Assembly (NCBI GenBank): GCA_051294375.1
Contig: JBJCIZ010000239.1
Coordinates: forward strand, 4,345,834 to 4,409,833
Reading direction: 5' to 3'
Length of the DNA stretch: 64,000 bases
Source: Paraspadella gotoi
Taxonomy: Eukaryota; Animalia; Chaetognatha
In this document: positions 50,844-64,000 of the stretch, one piece after another
Position numbering within the stretch: the stretch's first letter is position 1
How the letters are laid out: the number at the start of each line of letters is the position of its first letter
Position numbers and translations under genes: made by a program
The notes under the pieces: model-generated
Told to the model about the DNA's origin: nothing
The model's database searches: none
What the model saw: only the letters and a program-made list of their open reading frames with translations

Positions 50844-53800
50844 ATGAGTTCGGAAAGCGAAAGAAAACAACATCCAAAAAGAAAACAAAGTCAAGCGACC
50901 TACGATAAAACACAGAGGTAAAAACCATGAGTTTCAAAAATTGATTCATGGTGCAGAGGTCTGACTTAAAAAAAGATTTTTTTTTAATCTAAAATAGAAA
51001 AAAGATACATGCGTTTCATTTCGAATAGAGAACGAATGATTCAGTATATTTGTAGGCATCCAACGAAACTATGGCAAAACAAGGTAAAACTTAACGAGAA
51101 TGATATTTCAATAAAAAAAATTAAAAAAACACAGAAAAAAAACTAAGATTATTCTCAAAAATTTTTTTTGAACAGTAAATCTTACAAATAAAGTTTTTCC
51201 GACGCTGGTTAAATGTAATGTAATGTAATGTAATCAACTAAACTGCTTAGTAAGGCGGGCCAGAATTGAATATTTTTTAACTTTTATTTTTATCCTTTTA
51301 CATCCAAATTGACTTATGGTGTTAGATTTTGATTAAATTCATATTCCTCATGCATGGAAGCATTTTAATATTTAACAATATATAAGAAATACTTAAAAAA
51401 ATTTTTTTTGGAACATTTGATTTTTAAAAATTTTGATGATAAATGGTTTTAAATTTTAAAAAACCTAAAAAAATCATGATCATTATCTCATTTAATAAAT
51501 TTGATAGTTTTTGTCAATTTTTATAGACAAATTATTAAAATTTCAAAAAGTTTTAATAATAACCTTCATCTAACTTTTCAAACTTTATCAGAATCGGATA
51601 AAAAAAAATTAAAATTTACCCCCAAAAATTTTTAACATTATACAGTATTTGGATAATATAAAATAGCATTCATGGGTTTAACTATAAGATAAATCTAAAT
51701 TTTTTTTTTATTTTCATCTTTAATAAACACTTTAATAAACAATATTCATACCGGACTTCTGTTATAGTTTATAGTTTATAACCTATTCCGCCTTACTGCT
51801 CAGTTGTATTACTAATGTGTTTTGTAGTACAAGTTTAGTAGCATTATAGTCGTAGTACAAATGGACATGAATTTGCAATTTTTTTCAAAAGCGATCTGCC
51901 ACCAAAGGATGGAGCCAGAGCTTGGGTCACCACTGCCGCCTTTTTCCTCATAATTTTTCTCAACTTTGGCAATGCTCGTCTTCTTGGGATGTTTTTCGAA
52001 GAATGGCGAACAGAATTCGGAGTTCCAAGAAGTCAGTCGTCGTGGATGACCGCCACAGGTCAGATTTGACTCAAGTTCGACGTGATATGACATGACGCGA
52101 AATGACATGACTACAATAACTTTCTTGCAATTCAGCCCGCGACTTTATTTTCGTTCATACAAAGTTTAAGAATCAAGATCTTCACCGAGCCATACAGTGA
52201 TAATTTAGTAAAATGTTACCCAGTACGCATCCATGTATATTCACAATTGCGATTATCACCCTCGCGACCCTCGTATCCTCTTCAGCCTTTCTCATGATCG
52301 GTTTGGGATCGCCCATGGCCACGTTTCTCTTCGGCATCTTGCCACCGTCAACCGTCGTATTTTTGGCGGGAATTCTGACATCGGCGGGGTTCGTCGGATT
52401 GTCTTTCGTGGAATCCTTTGCTGGCATGGTCGTTATGGTGAGCGTACGGTTAGTACTGGCGATGTAGATGTCATCATAGATACCTAATATATCATTTTTA
52501 ATGTTATGAAATTGGTACAACCAATATAAAAATTATCCATTCATTTAATAAATAAGCTATCTTGCCCCTGACTTTGGACAGGCTTTGGTGGTTTAAGGCC
52601 TCCATCACTCTTACAAGATAATGACATAGCAGGTCCCTGCAAGCTTTCAATCAAGACTCTCTCACAGTCTCGTTTATTCACTCCCAGAGTACCTGGCTTC
52701 CCTATCAATGAAGTGGAAAATATTTCAAAGAATGTTTCAATTGTATGAAAAGACCACTCCCTTAAGTATTAGATCGGGGAATACTTATTGTACTCCGCAC
52801 TAGCATCAAAATACAAGGAGCTGAATTTTATGAAATTGGTACAACCAATATAAAAATTATCCATTCATTTAATAAATAAGCTATCTTGCCCCTGACTTAT
52901 GTTAACGATAGTAGTGTTTAAGGAAAATCCTTAATTATTGTTCTAAAAACGTTCATCTTGAATATAATTTTATAAACAACTATATTTTGATAAAAAGGTC
53001 ATGATTTGAGTCTAAATTTTTATCAAAATAAGATTTACTACAGTGAATCGCTACAGCTTTTCTGTTTGAGCGTGGCAACAAAAATTTTGTAGTTTAAAAA
53101 AAGTTGGTCCTTATTTTCCGAGAACGCCCAATTTTATCTTAAATTTGAGGGATTATTTATCCCAGTTGTTTCTCTCTCTCTCTCTAACAAGTTTCACTTC
53201 TTTTCACAACTCACTCAATCTGTCATCACCTTCAACCTGTCCTCACATCTGACCACTATTCTGTCTCACCACTTTGTTAGAAAACTTTTACCCTCTCTCT
53301 CTCTCACTCTTCTTTTGTACAAAATTTTTAATGATTGTCAAAAGCTGATGAAGGCTTGAAAATAGCAAGCCGAAACAAGTCCGTCTTTCTTAAAAAATAA
53401 AATCGTTATAAAATTTTCAAAATTTTGCTTTCTCTAATCTTAAATTTCGAAATAAGTTAATTTCTAGAGTTCAAGATTAAGTTAAAGGTTGGGGTTAAGG
53501 ATAAAGTTATGATTAAGGTTAAGATTAAGATTAAGGTTAATGATTATTGATTAAGGTTATTGATTAAGGTTTAGGATATGGTTTGTGAAAAAGGTTAAAG
53601 ATTTAGGTTAGGGATTAAAGGTTTAGGGTTTTGGATTAAAGTTAAAAATTAAGGATAAAGGCTTAGAGTTAAGGTTCAGGATTAGTTTATGGTTAGGAAT
53701 TAGTATGAGGAATTAGGGTTAAAGATTTGTTTATAAGTTTAAAAAATATTTAGGTTAAATGTTAAAGTTAAAATTAAATTTTGGAAAAAAAAACAAAAAA

Positions 53801-56800
53801 AACGAGCAGAAATCGGAGACTCTCGGCAAAGAGTGCCAAAAGTTCTCACCCATCCCCCCCTCCGCTATTCGCGCCAGAATCTCTTGACTTTCACCGGATC
53901 AGGAATCATCATCACGACGACCTACATCTGCGTAAGCCAGTGGAGCGACAAGTATCGACCAATGACGATCGGCTTTGGGAACATGGGTTCGCCCGTAGCG
54001 GGAATGGCGTTGCCGCGCCTCTTTGAATTTCTCAAATTGGAGTTCGGTTGGAGAGGGTGAGTTGTGATCCTGTGGGTCATTGAGTAAAGCCGTCTGCTCG
54101 TGACCGCTAGGGGTACTAGATTGGCGGGTCGAATGAGGAGTTAGGGAATTTTGCAGGGTGGTGCTTATAATTTGAGCCTTTGTGGGGCCGGGGGTTCAAT
54201 ACCTACCCGGTGTTTAAACTTTGAGAAGCGTAAGGACGGCCGTATATCGCTTTGGGAGCGTGTAAAAACCCTGAAGCCTGATTGCAAGCCCAGTTCCATG
54301 GCTGGTAGAAGTGGTTAAAAAAAGTTGTGGATAGTCATATTCATCCCACTTAGCGCCATATCCACGCTGGCGTGGATTTTCACGCGATAATCTGAAAACG
54401 CATCCACATTGTGGATTCCACAAAAAAAGTCATTGCGGCGCAATAGCTTAAACTTGACGGTTTTTTTTAGTACTCGGTCGGTCAGTCCCACTGACATTTC
54501 AAAAGCTTATAAAACAAAAGATCTTTAACTTTCCCTTAGTTGCTCTTTTGTCATTTTTCCTGACAGGGAAAGACCCTCGAATATAAACGACTGCTAGCGC
54601 TACCTTTTGTTTAAAAAAAAAAGACGGAATTCCGATGCAGTGCGTATCGAACGCTCATCGAGTAGTCACGGGACCAAGTGATAAAACAGTCACCGCGGCG
54701 TCACAAATTGGAATTACAGTTCTTGTTTTTTTTTCGTTTTTTTTTTTTTTTTTTGCACATCAGCGTGTTCTTCGTCGCCGGCGGCCTCTTCCTCAACAAC
54801 TGCGTCGCCGCGTTGCTGCTGCGTCGATATCCCACGCCGCCGAAAACCGGCTCCGCGGCGGCGGCGTCCAAAGCGCCGAGATTCGATCTTTCCATCTTTC
54901 GGCTCAACTTGTTCCTCTTCTTGCCAATTTATTGCCTGCTCCATTTGGGCTGCATGAACGGGTTCTTGGCCTTTCAGCCATCGATGGCCACGGAGTTAGG
55001 ATTGAGCGATACGGACAAAGCCAACGTTCTTATTTGTTTAGGTATATATAAATAAATAAATATATTAATAAATAAAAATTTAAATAAATAAATATAGATA
55101 GCGATAAAGTTTTTTAAAAAATGTGGACAAATGTCGTAATAATTATTCAATGCCATAATTGTCAAAGCGATGCTGGTAAATATTGTAAAAACAATTTTAT
55201 TAAATTAGCCTTCCCAATATCCCAATATCTGTAAATATATTCTTTTATTCACTAAATACATAAGCTATCTTGCCTCCTCCATCCCTCTTACAAGATAATA
55301 ATAACAGATAACCCTGCAACCTTTCAAACGTGACTCTATCAACTAATATAACAACCTTCCCATCAATAAACAGTTACAATGTTTTCTATAAATAGTTTTC
55401 GAAATAATAAAATTTCCATCGCCTTTGTGATCTTTGAATCCAAGGCACCTCGGATCTGATCGCTCGTCTCGTCCTCTCTCTTTTGGTCACGTGGCCCCGC
55501 GTACGACGCCATCTTGCGTGGCTTCTCTTTCTCAACGAACTCTTGATGGCGCTGGGGTCGTTATGGGTCGGATTCGCCACCGATTTTGGAACCCTCGTTG
55601 GGGGCAGGTGCGTCTCTCTCTCTGTGTCTCTGTATCTCTTATCTCCCTCTATCTTTTTGATAATTACATCTACACATGTATATCGATTGATTAAAAATAA
55701 TTACTTTTATGGTTAATGATTAAGAATCAGGGTTAGAGATTATTTTTTTAATTTTTTTAAATTTTTAATACCAAAAACAGTATTTACATAATTAAAAACA
55801 GTAACAGTGTTAGAGGGTAACAGGGTTAGAGATTATTTTTTTTTAAATGGTAAAACTTGTATTTTCTTCGTGGTTAGTTATTAGGCGTTAGGTATTTGGG
55901 TTAGTGATGAGGGTTAGGGATAAGTCTAGGTATTAACTAATTGTTAAAGTCAACAAAAATAAAAGAAAGACAAGAAAATGAAAGAGATGCTTTGTACGCA
56001 ATTTTAAAGGATTTAATATAGGAGGGGATATTTGCCTGAGAAAGATAAGTACATAACTAAGTACTAGGAGGTTCAGTGTAAACAGTTTGAAATGATTATC
56101 TACTATATGCAAATGAGATTGATGAAATCTCAATCTCATTTAGTATTATTCTAAGAATCTATCTCTTACATTTAACACAGGCAGTGACTATAGTCTGGTC
56201 AAAGATTGTATGGTTAATATCCACGAGCTGTTTACAGCGGTTATTGGTGCAGGAGGCAAGTCATTTGCCTCCCATCCAAAATGTTTGGCCGAATTGCAGT
56301 TAAGAGGGACGGAGTACGTAACCCGCCTGGTAACAAGATGTTTCTGCCTGATTCAAAGTTCATGGATTGCTTATATTGAACGGTTCTATCACTAACTCGT
56401 AATAATCTTTCTATCTCTTCGATGCCCTCTATAAATTAGTCGCCGGAGCAGTAAATCTCGAAGCCACCCCGTCACGGCTATCATTTTTGACAAAACCGAG
56501 TTACTAATTACCCGAGTCATCTCGTGGGTTCATTGACTGACTATTCCGGTTCTCTGGTTAAACGGGACTTGGACCGGTTTAATCAATAATCATGCCAGTG
56601 ACATGAAGCAGAGCGCCAAAGGAAAAATGAAGGGGCCAAAGCCTGTACATAAGCTGTCGGGCGTCTCGGATGAAAGATTCAATCTTACTGGTTTTTTAGT
56701 CAGATTTTTTAAAATTGCTGAAAAAGTTATGAACCACTGAGCTGTCTGTCGGCTCTTGTTTACATATATGGCCCGATTTAAAAGTTTATAAAATAAAAAT

Positions 56801-57535
56801 ATAATTTTTTCTGAAGTAAATTCTTACTGTTCTTACTGTTTCGACAATTAAATATACAACTTTCGGCCTTATTTTCCCAGAACGCTCCATTTCATCTAAA
56901 ATTCTCAATTATATAGGTTAATTTTTTGAATAAAAGAATAGATTAAAGGTTAAGGTTTAAGATTAGGTCAGGGATTAAATTACTGATTCAGGTTAGGTAT
57001 AAGGATAGTGATTAGGGTTAGGGATAAAGGTTTTGGTTAGAAGGATTAAGTATTAGGGTCATAGGTTTAAAAATATATTTAGATTAAACTTCCGATTTAA
57101 AAAAGGATTATGGAACAAAAACGGGGCCCCTTTGGTTAAAAAGGAAAGCCCAACTCACTCTACGCCCCTCATTCCCCCCCATTCAGCATCGTCTTTGGCC
57201 TCTCCTACGGTGGATGGTACGTCTTCTTTTTCTCCTTCCTCGCCGAAGTAGCGACTCCGCGTCAACTTCCCGTGGCGGTAGGGGCGTGCTACACGGGCGG
57301 CGGGATGTCCTCCCTGCTGATCCCGCCTTTCGCCGGCTTCATTTCCGACAGCGTTGGACAATACACGGTAGTCTTCTACTTTTTCGCTGCGCTGCTCGTT
57401 TTTGCTGCAGCCACGCTGATCTTTGTGGTTTTCCTGCAGCGGAAGCGGGATCAGTATAGACATAGGGTCAAGGAAATCGCGTTGAGCTTTATAGACGCTC
57501 TCGCGCTGAAAGACGGAGAGGTTCTTTTGAAATAA
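50844..57535 (+). CDS. Monocarboxylate-transporter family (SLC16-like) MFS transporter
   Basis: Exons 50844-50917, 51892-52058, 52286-52437, 53878-54056, 54764-55041, 55445-55607, 57187-57535. Motifs PPKDGARAW, SQWSDKYRP, EFGWRG, LNNCVAALLLR, PPFAGFISD; about 12 hydrophobic segments. Confidence 0.92.
53106..53837. mobile_element. Telomeric-repeat MITE carrying a nested hammerhead element
   Basis: TIRs at both ends, AAAAGTT flanks, TTAGGG-like interior; Penelope-like insert at ~53170-53420. Confidence 0.7.
53341..53385 (+). ncRNA. Degenerate hammerhead ribozyme copy
   Basis: CUGAUGA-A-GGCUUG-aaaauag-CAAGCC-GAAAC-AA-GUC-CGUC; the 5' arm of stem I is mutated. Confidence 0.6.
56865..57150. mobile_element. 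Telomeric-repeat MITE
   Basis: GGCCTTATTTTCCCAGAACGCTCCATTTC ... AAAGCC; flanks CAACTTTC / CAACTCAC. Confidence 0.75.
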
Positions 57536-60149
57536 AAAAAACGATAGACGAATTATTATTTTTTCCATTTAAATTACTCCTAACAACTCGGGAATCGGAA
57601 GTACTACATTATAATTTTTTTTGCAAAAAAACTATTACATATTCTTAATACTAATAGTATAATATTAAAAATAAAAATAAAGGAAAACGGACATGCTTAA
57701 TAAGGCGTAGTAAATTTTCTAAATTTAACTTTAATTAAAATTCTAAAAGTGAGGAACGAACAACATTATATTAATGAACATTTATGTAATAAAAAAATTT
57801 ATAATAAATTTTACAATTTACGCAGTAGGCCATATTTATACTAGTACTAAACCAATAAATGTTAAAATTTCAAAACAGTTTTTTGTAAGATTTTTTTGCA
57901 GATTTGGATTCGTCATAAAAAGTTGATAAATAGAAATATAACTCTTTTTGAAAAATTCCTTCATTAAATGGGTTAAAAATGAGAAAAAGCTATATTTTAA
58001 TCTGAAAATTAACTTTTTCCACATTAAATATAGTTTTTTTTTAAATTTTTAACCCACTTAATGAAAGAATTTTTAAAAATGAGTTATATTTTCTTTTGTC
58101 AACTTTTTACGAGGAATTCAAATCTGCAATCAAAATTAAGAAAAGCCTATTTTGAAATATTTCGATTTTATAAGGTTAGTACTATATATTAAGGCGGGTC
58201 AAAATTGAACACTTTTTTTTATAACTTTTAATTCTCTCAAAAAATTCCTTTTTTTCCTTCTATTACTAAACGATTTTCAATGTAACTTTTTGAATTAGTT
58301 CATTGGGTTGTTGCACTGAAGCTTTTAAATATTTATTAATATATAACAAATGACAAAATTTTTTTTAAAAAAATTGTTTTTAAGAACGGATTCCTATAGA
58401 GCTTGAAAAGTTAAATGAAAGTTATTACTACAATTTTTAAAATTTTGACAAGAAATTGGTTAAAAACAGAAAAAACGTTAAAAAATCATCATCATCATCA
58501 TCATTGGCTGAATTTTATAGTTTTTTAAAATTTTTATCATAAAACAAAAAAATTTTAAAATTTTGTATTAATAACCTTCAACTAACTTTTAAGAGCTCTA
58601 TCAGAATCCATTAAAAAAATTCAAAATTCAAAAAAAATTTTTAACTTTATATAGTAATAAAATAATCTTTAAATGCTTCGCGTGCGCTTATTAATAAGAT
58701 AATTTTTTAAAATTATTTTTATTTTCATATTCTCTAACAGTCACTTTATCATTATTTATTTGAGAGAACTTCTAGTTTTCAACTGTTCCGGCCTACTATA
58801 TATAAATATAGCTTACTGCGAAAATAAAAAAACATAAAATTAATTTTTTTTACAAATTAATGTTCACTGATGGTATGTTGTTCATAATTGACTTTTAGAA
58901 TTTTCGTATGTAACTTTCACTACGCCTTAATGCTTAAGTTTTTACATTTATATATTATTTAAAAAAATAAATTTTAAACATAAAAAGTATTTTTGGACAA
59001 TATAAACTTATCTTCATTATCGTAATGTCAGTTATGTGTCGTATGCCAAAAAGAAAAAAAACATCGCTTTTTGGCTTCACAGTGGTGTTTAAAATCTTTT
59101 CCCTTCTGTTATTGCCTTTAATTTCTCTGTGGTATTCATCATTTATCATTTGTGCTGTTTACCTATATCACTTTTGTTGTTTTATCTGCTATTATTAATA
59201 ATCTTACCCAATCTCATAATTTACAATCTTGGAATTATTTCACACATTATTTTTCTTTACCTCTGACATAAAAAATAAAAAGTATCAACTAATCATGATT
59301 TTTATTTTGAATTGCTCATTTCCATGGGTATTATTAGTTAAGATAACAGTTAACTATAAGTTAGAAAATATATAATAGTTTTTTATTGTATTATTTTTAA
59401 TATTTTATTAAGTTCAAAAAAGTTTTTCTGCTTTTGTCTTAGTTACTAAAAAATATAATTTTTTTTCATAAAATCGGGAACAATTTAAAAGCTGCATAAG
59501 TTTTAAAAACACTGCCAATGCAGCAACTAAACTAATTATCTAGTTAAAGTTATATAAGCAAAAACTTTTAATTTGTACAAGGTTTATTTTTGGTCACAAA
59601 CAAAGGTAAAAAACCGATATATTTAACAATATATGAAAACATTCGGAAATAAAAAAATCATTATCATTAACAAAAACATGGTCAAGTAGCATAACAAAGG
59701 GTGTTAGTAAATCAAGTTTAATTTGAGAACATTAGTTATCCTAAGCTAATGGGTATATAAAACTGGCTCCATTAGAAATGTATAATAAATGAATGAAAAA
59801 AAATGTAAAAACAGCAGAGGAAAAACAATAATATTTATTTTGCAAATCATAAAACTGCAATCCGCAATTTTTAAAAACAAGCATCTTGATATTTATTACG
59901 TATCTGTAAAGTATTAAATAAATTAACCAAATATAAACTGAAATAAGCTACATTAACTCTCTGAATCATTTGCACATTATAATTCTCATGGTACAACATC
60001 AAACTATTAATCATAATGATGCAGTTATACCAGTTTAGAGCTTACAAAATGTTAGTGGTATAGACTAACAGATAGAAAGATCAACCTGGAGACTAAAGTG
60101 TAGCTTATAAAGAGCAGCGTTTGTTTCGGCGTGAAATGTTCAAATATTC

Positions 60150-60416
60150 AGCCTTATTTTCCTAAAACGACCAATTTCATCTCAAATTTGGAATTCAGCT
60201 ACTTTTTATATATAAAGATTAGGTTAGTATTGGGGATTAAGGTTATGGACGAAGGTTTGAGGTTAGGTTTAAAGATTAGGGATTAGGGTTGTCGATTAGA
60301 TTAGGGATAAGGATTGGGTTATAAGTTTGGTACCAGATTATAATTAAATATTAATGTATAAAATTAAGTTTATGGATTAAAGGAACAGAAATGGGGCGCT
60401 TAGGGTAAAAAGAGCC
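60150..60416. mobile_element. Telomeric-repeat MITE
   Basis: TIR pair and TTAGGG-like interior; ends 23 nt from the kelch stop codon. Confidence 0.75.
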
Positions 60417-60439
60417 CAAGGTTCATCGTTTTCTCCAAT

Positions 60440-61847
60440 TCAAGTCGCGATCTTGATTTGTGCCAAATAACTCGGATGCGTCGTCCTGTTAAGATCGATA
60501 AATCCACCGAGACAAACGAAGCTCTTTGCGACGGCTTTCCGCGACATCGGAACGGCCGCGTGGCAGAAAAGGCCGCTTGGGTGAGTGGAGGGATCGATGG
60601 CGTCGTCTGCTCGATCTTCTTCGTCCAATCCGGAGGCTAGGATAGATTATTGAATGGATAATTTCTATATTGGTAGTACCAATTTCATACCATATCTTAT
60701 ATTTCATATATATATTTCATTTATATATTCTATATATATCAAAATAGATATAAGTTGAGTGATTTAAAACAAAATATTTTTTTTTACTGTTTTTTACAAA
60801 TTTGTAGTTGTCCAATATTAATATTAGTATTTTCTTTACAGTATTATACTCTTAAATTCAAACATTTTTTGCAATTTTTATCTTTTTTTTTAAAGCAGAT
60901 TTAAATTTTTAAACTTTTCTTAATATATTTTTCTTTCTTTTTCATAGGTTTCAGAATTTGAGATAAGAAAAGTTTTCTTTGTTTTCACAACGAAGTTTTA
61001 ATGTAAAAATAACAGACATGTTTCTTAAACGTTTCTTAAATTTTAGTGATGAAGGTCTGAAATTTAAGACCGAATCATGTCTGGGATTTTTTTTATTAAA
61101 ACTTCGTTGTTTAAAAAAGAAGAAAACTTTTCTTATCTCAAACTTTTCTTAAGTATGTTTATGGTATTCTTATTTTTATGCCGCGACACATTGATTTAAA
61201 TGTGAAATATATATATTTATATGAATCACAAAAGGCTAAAGTTTCTTAATATCTAAATTTTATTTTTCGATTCTTACATTAAAAAACCGAAAAATAACTG
61301 GAAAGTAACCGCGACACTTTATTTTTCCATCATGGTATCTTTATGGTGGACTAAAATCCACCAATCGTTCATCAGCGGCCATTGGTGCCGGAGGCAAGTC
61401 ATTTGCCTCCCAACCCAAAGGTCTGGAGTTCTAGCCCGGTGGTCGCCTAGCAGTTAAGAGGGGCGGGGCGCTTAACCCGCCTGTAACATGGTGTTACAGC
61501 CTGATCCGAAGCTCAGGGACTGCTTATATTGAACAGATGTGTCACTAACACATAACAATAATTTCTGTCTCTTCAGTTTTCAATAATAAAAATAAAAAAG
61601 TGAAAGATTTTACTTTATTATTGATGATAAAGACATAATTTTTTAAAACATATTTATATATATTATTTAACTTTATACAGATAATAATATAGTATTATTT
61701 TAATTTTTATTGTTTGATAAAGATATTATCATTGTATTGTAATCCTTTCTGTTATCATAAATATTAAATAAATGCAATTTTTTGCTGTGGTTCTGCGGAC
61801 AACATGAAAAAAGAATATTTTTTGGGGTATATTAGATAAATATATAT

Positions 61848-61915
<68 letters not shown>

Positions 61916-63038
61916 TATTATTATAATTATCATCATCATCATCACCACTTCCTAACCGGTCAATTCCTCCGGCAGCGGGTCGCACTCTTCCCAAGCGTCT
62001 TCCTCCGGATCGTAGAGCGCCGTTTGAGCGGATAGGGCGCCGTCGCCGGTAACGCCGCCGACGAGGACGAGCCGATTTCCGGCGTCGCCCGAAATCGGAG
62101 TGAGGCTGTGATGGCAGAGGCCGAAGGGGGCGCCGGAATTGACGAGGCGTTGCCAGGAGGAAGGGGAGGAGGAGGAGGAGGAGGAGGAGGAGGGGAGATC
62201 CAGGAGGAAGAAATCGTCCAAGATTTGATCGTCGCACAGACCGGCGTGGATAAAGACCTTAATAATAATGAATAATAAATCAATAATTAGTAATAAATAA
62301 ATAAATAAATACTGAATAATTAATAAATAAGTGATAACAATCTTTTAAACTTCTTCTAATCATTAAGGCGGTCTAAATTTTTTTTATTTTTTAGAATTTT
62401 AAAAAAAATTTATCCATCTATTATACTACTAAATCTATTTGTACCAATACCTTTGAAGTTTATTGTTGGTACTAGCATAAGTTTTCTATATAATATTATG
62501 GTTAAAATTGTTATTTAAAAATTTAATTATGTTTCTAAAAGAATATATATAAACACAAAAAAATGGCATAATTCTGCCATCATTAATTTTTTAGGTTTAT
62601 CAATCAATCAATTAATCAAATCAATCAACTATGGTGGACTAAAATCCACCAACCGTTCATCAGCAGCCATTGGTGCCGGAGGCAAGTCATTCGCCTCCCA
62701 ACTCAAAGATCCGGGGTTCAAGCCCAGTGGTCGTCTAGCAGTTAAGAGGGACGGGGTGCTTAACTCGCCTGTAACATGGTGTTACAGCCTGATCCGAAGC
62801 TCAGGGACTGCTTATATTGAACGGTTCTGTCACTAACACATAACAATAATTACTGTCTCTTCACAACCTTGTTCTTCAATTTGGCGACGGCGAAATTTGC
62901 TCTCGGCGAGGGTGGCGTGCCAACCGTTGGGTGAGCTCGAAAAGAATTTTCCCTTTTATCGAACTCCAGAAGCTGATTGGTCAGATAGAAACGACGAATC
63001 TTCGATGAACGCAACCAATCACCGTCTCGGATTTCACC
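60440..63038 (-). CDS. Kelch-domain protein, last three exons (5' partial)
   Basis: Exons 63038-62868, 62257-61957, 60636-60440. Motifs GTPPSPRANFA, VFIHAG, CHHSLT..LVLVGG..YDPEEDAW, CHAAV..CLGG. Confidence 0.88.
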
Positions 63039-64000
63039 CTGAATCGCGCGTTTCAAGGGGGGAATTCTTTCAATATGAGCGAAAGTTTTATAAAGTACAG
63101 TTAAATTACTTTTTTGTAGTTTTGCTTTAGGGTTTTGTTTTTTTTTATTCAAAAAATGTTAATTTTAAATTTAAAGTCGTACAAAAATTTATTAACTCCA
63201 TAAAATTGTTAAGAAAGAGCTCGTGGCGGTATTATATCACTCTGTCTCACATACAATTTCATTCATCCAATCCCAATGGCTTAGTGGGGAAAGGCACCAT
63301 CCCAACAGTAGATTCTACCGATAGTCCAAACGACATTTTGGCTCTGTTTTTTCAGAGAACCGCGTTCATGTTTCTTTATCAAAAAAATTAATTTTAATTT
63401 TAGAAAGGAGTTAAATAAATATTGATTTATTTACAACAACAATGGTAGGGTTTTAAAAGGTAAATAAATCTATATTTAATTTACTCTCGTCTAATCTCAA
63501 GCGCAACAAACTGTAAGAAATTATACAATTTACAACCTCATCCTATACCCTTAACCTTTGTCCCTAACTTCTAACTAACCCCCTAACTTCTAACTAACCC
63601 GAATTCCTAACCATAATATTAACCCTAATCCTTAACCTTAATCAATAACATAATCCTTTGACTAATCCCTAATATTAACGTAATCTTAAACTTTAAAAAA
63701 CCCATAAATTTAAGTTGAAATGGGGCGTTCTAGAAAAATAAGGCTTTTAAGGTCTCTAACGCCAACAGGTGAGATAACCCTGTAGCAAGTTCACCCCGCC
63801 TTGTGACCCGGTGGCTCATCGAGTTATACCATCAGCTCAAGACCGTAAGGACGGCCATAAACCGCTCGAGGGAGCCTGGAAAACCCTCAAGACCCGTTCC
63901 ATAGCTGCCAGAGGGGGGCTCAGAAGTTCTGGATAATAGTCTTCAAGCCAACCTCACGCCTTATCCACAACCTTACTCTGCCCACGCAACCTGCCGTTAT

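Noticed and set aside
51056-51083. Small AG..GT segment in MCT intron 1
   Set aside because: Its 28-nt length would shift the frame; exon 50917 joins 51892 in phase without it.
53470-53780. TTAGGG-like tracts as true or interstitial telomere
   Set aside because: Highly degenerate and consistently associated with MITE TIRs.
63250-63345. Candidate further kelch exon (SQNVVWTIGRIYCWDG)
   Set aside because: All three frames contain stops before the donor, so it cannot be joined confidently.

Overview
Eukaryotic (metazoan, probably non-arthropod invertebrate) genomic DNA. GC/CpG-rich exons sit in very AT-rich introns full of (GA)n, (ATT)n and (GTC)n microsatellites and short transposons. Splicing exons by hand with phase-consistent junctions gives these models: a disrupted C-type-lectin-like gene (+, 1.3-9.0 kb); two divergent TNF-superfamily ligands (+, 9.5-12.7 kb and 22.9-25.6 kb); an N-acylated globin (-, 13.7-18.0 kb); a secreted 8-Cys knottin precursor with the delta-hexatoxin cysteine framework (+, 28.0-29.8 kb); a 15-exon DEG/ENaC channel (-, 31.2-40.7 kb); an alpha-1,3-fucosyltransferase pseudogene; a secreted F5/8-type-C-like protein; an SLC16/MCT transporter; and the 3' end of a kelch gene. 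Repeats include two tRNA-derived SINE-like families, a GG...CC MITE with degenerate telomeric repeats that sits at exon edges, and a Penelope-type element with a minimal hammerhead ribozyme. One copy of that MITE forms an entire intron inside a TNF coding exon. All models are manual and unverified by transcripts or database searches. Most ORFs in the supplied track are low-complexity artefacts.
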